A DNA stretch of 32,000 nucleotides from Candidatus Altimarinota bacterium (GTDB lineage: Bacteria; Patescibacteriota; Gracilibacteria; UBA1369): contig JBAZYK010000011.1 of NCBI GenBank assembly GCA_041659405.1, forward strand, positions 30,001 to 62,000, in the 5' to 3' direction. Shown piece by piece: positions 28,509-32,000 of this stretch. The translations under genes and the position numbers were made by a program. Below the pieces are notes generated by a model. The model was not told the origin of the DNA and did not search any database. It saw only the letters and a list, made by a program, of their open reading frames with translations. Numbering within the stretch: the first letter of the stretch is position 1; each line of letters starts with the position of its first letter.

Positions 28509-28577
28509 TGGTGGAGATAAGGGGAATTGAACCCCTGGAAGATGAATGGCAATTCCTCCTCCGCGCCTGCTATCCCC
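28509..28577 (-). pseudogene. tRNA-like sequence: intact acceptor stem, T-arm and CCA, noncanonical middle
   Basis: Reverse strand: GGGGATA ... AGGGG-TTCAATT-CCCCT TATCTCC A CCA; only 34 nt between acceptor and T-arm. Confidence 0.6.
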
Positions 28578-28660
28578 GCCCAAGGCCAGCTGAGAACAAA
28601 ATACACAAAAAACATTAAAAAATTCTAAACCCAAAATGAAAAAAACTTAAAAAACATCAC

Positions 28661-28690
28661 TTCCCAAAACCCACCATTCTCTGCTACTAT
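28661..28690 (+). promoter_or_regulatory. Candidate promoter reading into the cassette array (TTCCCA-18-TACTAT)
   Basis: 4/6 matches to each sigma70-type hexamer with an 18 nt spacer, upstream of the first cassette junction. Confidence 0.3.
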
Positions 28691-28717
28691 CGCGCCATAA
28701 AGCACCGCAAGACACTA

Positions 28718-28913
28718 GTTGTGCAACAAGTTGCTCACGCGTTTATTAATCAATCTTCCTAAAACTCAAAAAAACCTGGAAAAGTAAGAAGCTCCCGGTC
28801 TGTTCGCAACTCATCGCACAACAGCACACATGCGGTTCGCTGGCTTTCGGCTAATCCAAGGCACAAACTGCTCTTCAAAAAGGTTTAAGAAACCTATAAA
28901 TCTCAAGAAAACT
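28718..28913 (+). repeat. Long direct repeat, copy 1 (196 bp)
   Basis: Identical by reading to 31805-32000. Confidence 0.95.
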
Positions 28914-28996
28914 CTCACGCTCTCCCAACTTATTTGCAGCAGTCGCCCTTCGGGCATATTATACCGCTGCCAATAAGTTCGCATGGCGTGCGAACG
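28719..28996 (+). mobile_element. Candidate gene cassette 1 (278 bp, no ORF)
   Basis: Starts within GTTGTGC (28718-28724), ends at the G of GTTAGCT (28996). R'' GCACAAC is the exact reverse complement of its own R' GTTGTGC. Confidence 0.7.
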
Positions 28997-29002
28997 TTAG
29001 CT
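28816..29002 (+). other. attC-like site 1
   Basis: GCACAAC-AG-CACACATGCGG ... CGCATGGCGTGC-GAAC-GTTAGCT; internal CTTATTTGCAGC/GCTGCCAATAAG. Confidence 0.65.
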
Positions 29003-29481
29003 GCCATACTCCCTGCGTGAAATTTTAATCTTAATAAAAAAACTATGAAATTATCCACAATTTACAACGCAGCTCTGGAAAAAGCCGACGCAGATGCGGC
29101 AGAAGTCATGATGCGCATGAGTCCAAAGTTAGGTTTAAGTAATCTTGACGACCTTCAAGGTAAAAAAAATCGACAAGAAGCCTTAGAAAGAGTTAATTTT
29201 GTTTATAATTTATCTGGTCCCATTGGAAAAATTGGATTTAGAGTCATAGAAGAAATAAGGGCAATAGATTGGGGTGATCGAATGGAAGAATTTCATGGAA
29301 TAAACCAACAGGAATGGTATAAAGAACTTGGCAATTTCCAAAAAAATTAAAATTTCCCTCCGGTCGTACAGCAGCTAACAGCGCCCAACCGGTTCGCCCT
29401 GCGGGGCTCTCCCAAATTTTGTGGCGGTGAGTCGCTCCGCTCCCAATTATACCGCCACAAAACTTCGGTTAGGCGCGGACG
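28997..29481 (+). mobile_element. Candidate gene cassette 2 (485 bp, one ORF)
   Basis: Bounded by GTTAGCT (28996) and GTTATAT (29481). R'' GCAGCTAAC is the exact reverse complement of its R' GTTAGCTGC. Confidence 0.72.
29045..29350 (+). CDS. Cassette-encoded hypothetical protein, 101 aa
   Basis: ORF in cassette orientation filling cassette 2; no recognised family. Confidence 0.7.
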   Translation: MKLSTIYNAALEKADADAAEVMMRMSPKLGLSNLDDLQGKKNRQEALERVNFVYNLSGPIGKIGFRVIEEIRAIDWGDRMEEFHGINQQEWYKELGNFQKN

Positions 29482-29487
29482 TTATAT
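29371..29487 (+). other. attC-like site 2
   Basis: GCAGCTAAC-AG-CGCCCAACCGG ... TTTTGTGGCGG/CCGCCACAAAA ... CGGTTAGGCGC-GGAC-GTTATAT. Confidence 0.78.
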
Positions 29488-29627
29488 GAAATATGCTTTT
29501 CTTTTTACGGCTAACGCCTTACACTTTTCTATAATGAACAAATTTTATTTTTAATTTTTTAGAGGGGGTATATGGTATTTTTTCCGCTACGCTCCGAAAA
29601 TGATTTATTAAATATAATTAAAAACAT

Positions 29628-30593
29628 ATGAAAAACGAAGTAGAAATTTTTGATGAAGAAAATACAATCGTCATTGACGATGAATATACAACTAATACTT
29701 TTGAATTTTTTCCTGACGAGAAAAAATTCAAGATCGATGTGAGTATCAAAGATGATTTTCATCATAATTATTCAACAATTGAATATAAAATTTCAGATGA
29801 TCCTATTAATTTAAAAATGCGTACGATAGAGCTTTTTCATGAATTTATAGGCGGGAAAAGTGATTCAATAAAAGACGGGGTTGTCTTGGAATCGGAACTC
29901 AGAAAAGATAAATTTAATAACCAAGAAAGAATAGACGATTTGAAAAAAGAAGTAGAGTGGTCAAATGTTGTCATATTCGGCAACCCCGAAGTCAATCTTT
30001 ATATTCTATCTAAACACCCAGAGATAATCTCAAAAGATGATTATAGGAAATTTTTGCGTCAGTCTATAGAGAGAATTAGAGATGGCGTTGCTAAAGTAAA
30101 AGAAATAGTAAAAACTGATTTTCATGGATTGGAAATCCATACGGGCGACCATGGAATGAGTATTTGGTATCCAGACAATGAATCGGAAAAGAAAGAAAGT
30201 GAGGCATATTGGGATTTACCGAAAGATAAGCGTGATAATTCTGCCTATGGTAAGAAGCTAAAATATGTCGAGGATTTTAATAAATCGCTTTTTGATGAAA
30301 AATCTTCAAGTTATGTTGGCATTTCTGAAATTGAGTTTAGAAGTAGTGATGAAATAGTTGAATATGTCCAAAAACTACTTGATAAAAAAGACGAGCCCGC
30401 TAAAAAAGAAGTTAAACCTAAAATTTCAAAAACAAAAGGATTTATTATTTCTCTGTTTATAACACTTATTCTTTCATGGGTTGTAAGCTGGTTTGTGGAT
30501 ATACACCCATTTTTGATTTTTATAATCGTGCAAGTTATCGCATTTGCACAAAGCATAATTGGTGGTTGGCTAGAAAAAATATTAGAAAAATAA
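29628..30593 (+). CDS. Cassette-encoded protein, 321 aa, soluble N-terminal region and C-terminal hydrophobic helices
   Basis: KGFIISLFITLILSWVVSWFVDIHPFLIFIIVQVIAFAQS at the C-terminus; no recognised family. Confidence 0.85.
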   Translation: MKNEVEIFDEENTIVIDDEYTTNTFEFFPDEKKFKIDVSIKDDFHHNYSTIEYKISDDPINLKMRTIELFHEFIGGKSDSIKDGVVLESELRKDKFNNQERIDDLKKEVEWSNVVIFGNPEVNLYILSKHPEIISKDDYRKFLRQSIERIRDGVAKVKEIVKTDFHGLEIHTGDHGMSIWYPDNESEKKESEAYWDLPKDKRDNSAYGKKLKYVEDFNKSLFDEKSSSYVGISEIEFRSSDEIVEYVQKLLDKKDEPAKKEVKPKISKTKGFIISLFITLILSWVVSWFVDIHPFLIFIIVQVIAFAQSIIGGWLEKILEK

Positions 30594-30606
30594 AATAGGT
30601 AATCGC

Positions 30607-31593
30607 ATGAATCAAAACGATTTGAAAATCATAGAAATTGGTCATCAAATCAGGGATCTCTTTAATAATTCCACAATAAAAAAGACACAGGTTTATTCAA
30701 GAAAACAAAGTGGCGATTGGAATCAATTTTGTGCAGCATTAGATACACTTGAAGATACCTGCTTAGCGATAGAGAATTTTCAAAAAGATTCGAATAATTT
30801 ATTTATAAAAAATCCATATTTAGCAACTTACGGACTTTTGCAGGCTCTTTTTATCCAACAAGACGCTGTAAATTTTTTAAAAATATCCTTATTTGGTATA
30901 AGCAATAAAATTGATTGGAAGGACAAAAAATATTCAGAACTTTTTAAAATTAGGCAAGTCAGAAACGAAACCATAGGACACCCCGTAAAAAAGGAGAACA
31001 AAGGCAATAAATCAAAGTATGAAAATGACGAAATCACCTCTTGCACCATTGATCGCTCATCTTTGAGCAAAGACGGTTTTAGATACATGTTATGGATGCA
31101 CTCAAAAACAGAAAGCAAAACGATAAAATTTACGGACATCATCAGTCAACAAGATAAATATCTCGGAAATGAATTAGAAATTGTTATGAAAGAAATTCAA
31201 AAAGAAGAGAATCAACATAAAACAAAATTTAAAAATGAAAAATTGGCCGATTTGTTAAATAAACCTTCTCTGTACCAGATAAATCATATTTATGGCGTTC
31301 AATGGAATGACCATTTAGCATGGCCTAGTTTTAATCATTATCACGAATTATACAAAAAAATAAGAAAGAGTTTAGAAGATCGCTATGGTAAATTTGGCGA
31401 AACTTTGAGGATTCCTGGAACGGAAGAAGTAATCAAAAAATTAGATTATGTATTTGGCAAAATTGAAACATTTCAAAAAACTGGTAATTTTGAAAATTAC
31501 GAACTTGAGGTTTATATTGACGCTCTTGACGCTGGAATTAACGAGTTAAAAACTCATTTAGTAGAAGTTGATCAAGAATTTGAAATACAATAA
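30607..31593 (+). CDS. Cassette-encoded protein, 328 aa, possible HEPN-like domain
   Basis: FKIRQVRNETIGHPVKK contains an R-N-x4-H motif like HEPN nucleases; starts 13 nt after the previous stop. Confidence 0.8.
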   Translation: MNQNDLKIIEIGHQIRDLFNNSTIKKTQVYSRKQSGDWNQFCAALDTLEDTCLAIENFQKDSNNLFIKNPYLATYGLLQALFIQQDAVNFLKISLFGISNKIDWKDKKYSELFKIRQVRNETIGHPVKKENKGNKSKYENDEITSCTIDRSSLSKDGFRYMLWMHSKTESKTIKFTDIISQQDKYLGNELEIVMKEIQKEENQHKTKFKNEKLADLLNKPSLYQINHIYGVQWNDHLAWPSFNHYHELYKKIRKSLEDRYGKFGETLRIPGTEEVIKKLDYVFGKIETFQKTGNFENYELEVYIDALDAGINELKTHLVEVDQEFEIQ

Positions 31594-31596
31594 GGA

Positions 31597-31648
31597 GTCT
31601 TGGCTTCGGGGCATTCACCCCCCAGCCCCTCTGCCCCTACGCCAAGAC
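31597..31648 (+). terminator. Large GC hairpin just after the last ORF of cassette 3
   Basis: GTCTTGGC/GCCAAGAC arms with internal GGGGC/GCCCC complementarity, 3 nt after the stop codon, followed by an A-rich tract. Confidence 0.5.
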
Positions 31649-31713
31649 AAAAATAAAATTTGTTAATTACAAAAAAGTGCCGACTATCGTCGGAAAAAAG
31701 AAAAGCATACATC

Positions 31714-31811
31714 ATATAGCAGCGTATATCTGGTTCGCGCTTGGCTAACGCCAAATGCTCACCCATATTGCTCCCTACGGTCGCAACATCAGATATGCGC
31801 GAACGTTGTGC
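31714..31811 (+). other. attC-like site 3
   Basis: ATATAGC-AG-CGTATATCTGG ... CAGATATGCGC-GAAC-GTTGTGC. Confidence 0.7.
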
Positions 31812-32000
31812 AACAAGTTGCTCACGCGTTTATTAATCAATCTTCCTAAAACTCAAAAAAACCTGGAAAAGTAAGAAGCTCCCGGTCTGTTCGCAACTCA
31901 TCGCACAACAGCACACATGCGGTTCGCTGGCTTTCGGCTAATCCAAGGCACAAACTGCTCTTCAAAAAGGTTTAAGAAACCTATAAATCTCAAGAAAACT
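31805..32000 (+). repeat. Long direct repeat, copy 2 (196 bp visible), start of candidate cassette 4, truncated by window end
   Basis: Identical by reading to 28718-28913. Confidence 0.95.

Larger units (their letters stand above)
29482..31805 (+). mobile_element. Candidate gene cassette 3 (2324 bp, two ORFs)
   Basis: Bounded by GTTATATG (29481) and GTTGTGC (31805). R'' CATATAGC matches the reverse complement of R' (CATATAAC) at 7/8. Confidence 0.7.

Noticed and set aside
28377-28634. 85 aa minus-strand ORF
   Set aside because: It covers the tRNA-like sequence and lacks coding-like composition; probably noncoding.
28366-28930. tmRNA ending at the CCA near 28509
   Set aside because: The acceptor 5' strand GGGGATA lies only 69 nt away and no more distant partner or tag reading frame was found.
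29541-29765. Short minus-strand ORF at the start of cassette 3
   Set aside because: Overlaps the well-supported 321 aa ORF and has no independent support.
28718-32000. Interpreting the 196 bp direct repeats as transposon terminal repeats or LTR-like ends
   Set aside because: They are direct, contain no transposase between them, and begin exactly at a GTT junction shared with the other attC-like sites. A cassette duplication explains more, though a composite element is not fully excluded.

Overview
This 32 kb window looks like part of a Patescibacteria/CPR (Peregrinibacteria-like) genome. That placement is an inference from gene style and the standard genetic code. Most of it is housekeeping: a folate locus (folP, pabC-like, pabB-like) with ndk, an M16 peptidase, an FtsI/PBP2-type transpeptidase, a group IV PLP decarboxylase, an ATP-grasp protein, a sortase, L33, L28, mscL, an M50 protease, cohesin/dockerin-type surface proteins and two ordinary tRNAs (Trp, Ser).

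Three signals stand out. (1) The right end (about 28.7-32.0 kb) has the architecture of a cassette array resembling an integron. Three attC-like sites share the layout R''-AG-C...GYGC-G(A/G)AC-GTT. At each site the R'' sequence is complementary to the R' sequence at the start of its own cassette: GTTGTGC/GCACAAC, GTTAGCTGC/GCAGCTAAC, GTTATATG/CATATAGC. One 278 bp ORF-less cassette is repeated, identical over the 196 bp visible before the window ends. A divergent tyrosine recombinase sits next to the array but lacks the usual IntI-specific insertion. The largest cassette carries two unknown genes, one with a HEPN-like RNxxxxH motif. (2) A tRNA-Thr(GGU) is split at 36/37 by a 199 nt group I intron, and its 3' end is duplicated 17/17 bp beyond an ORF6N gene. 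(3) Several large compound inverted repeats lie in intergenic regions.
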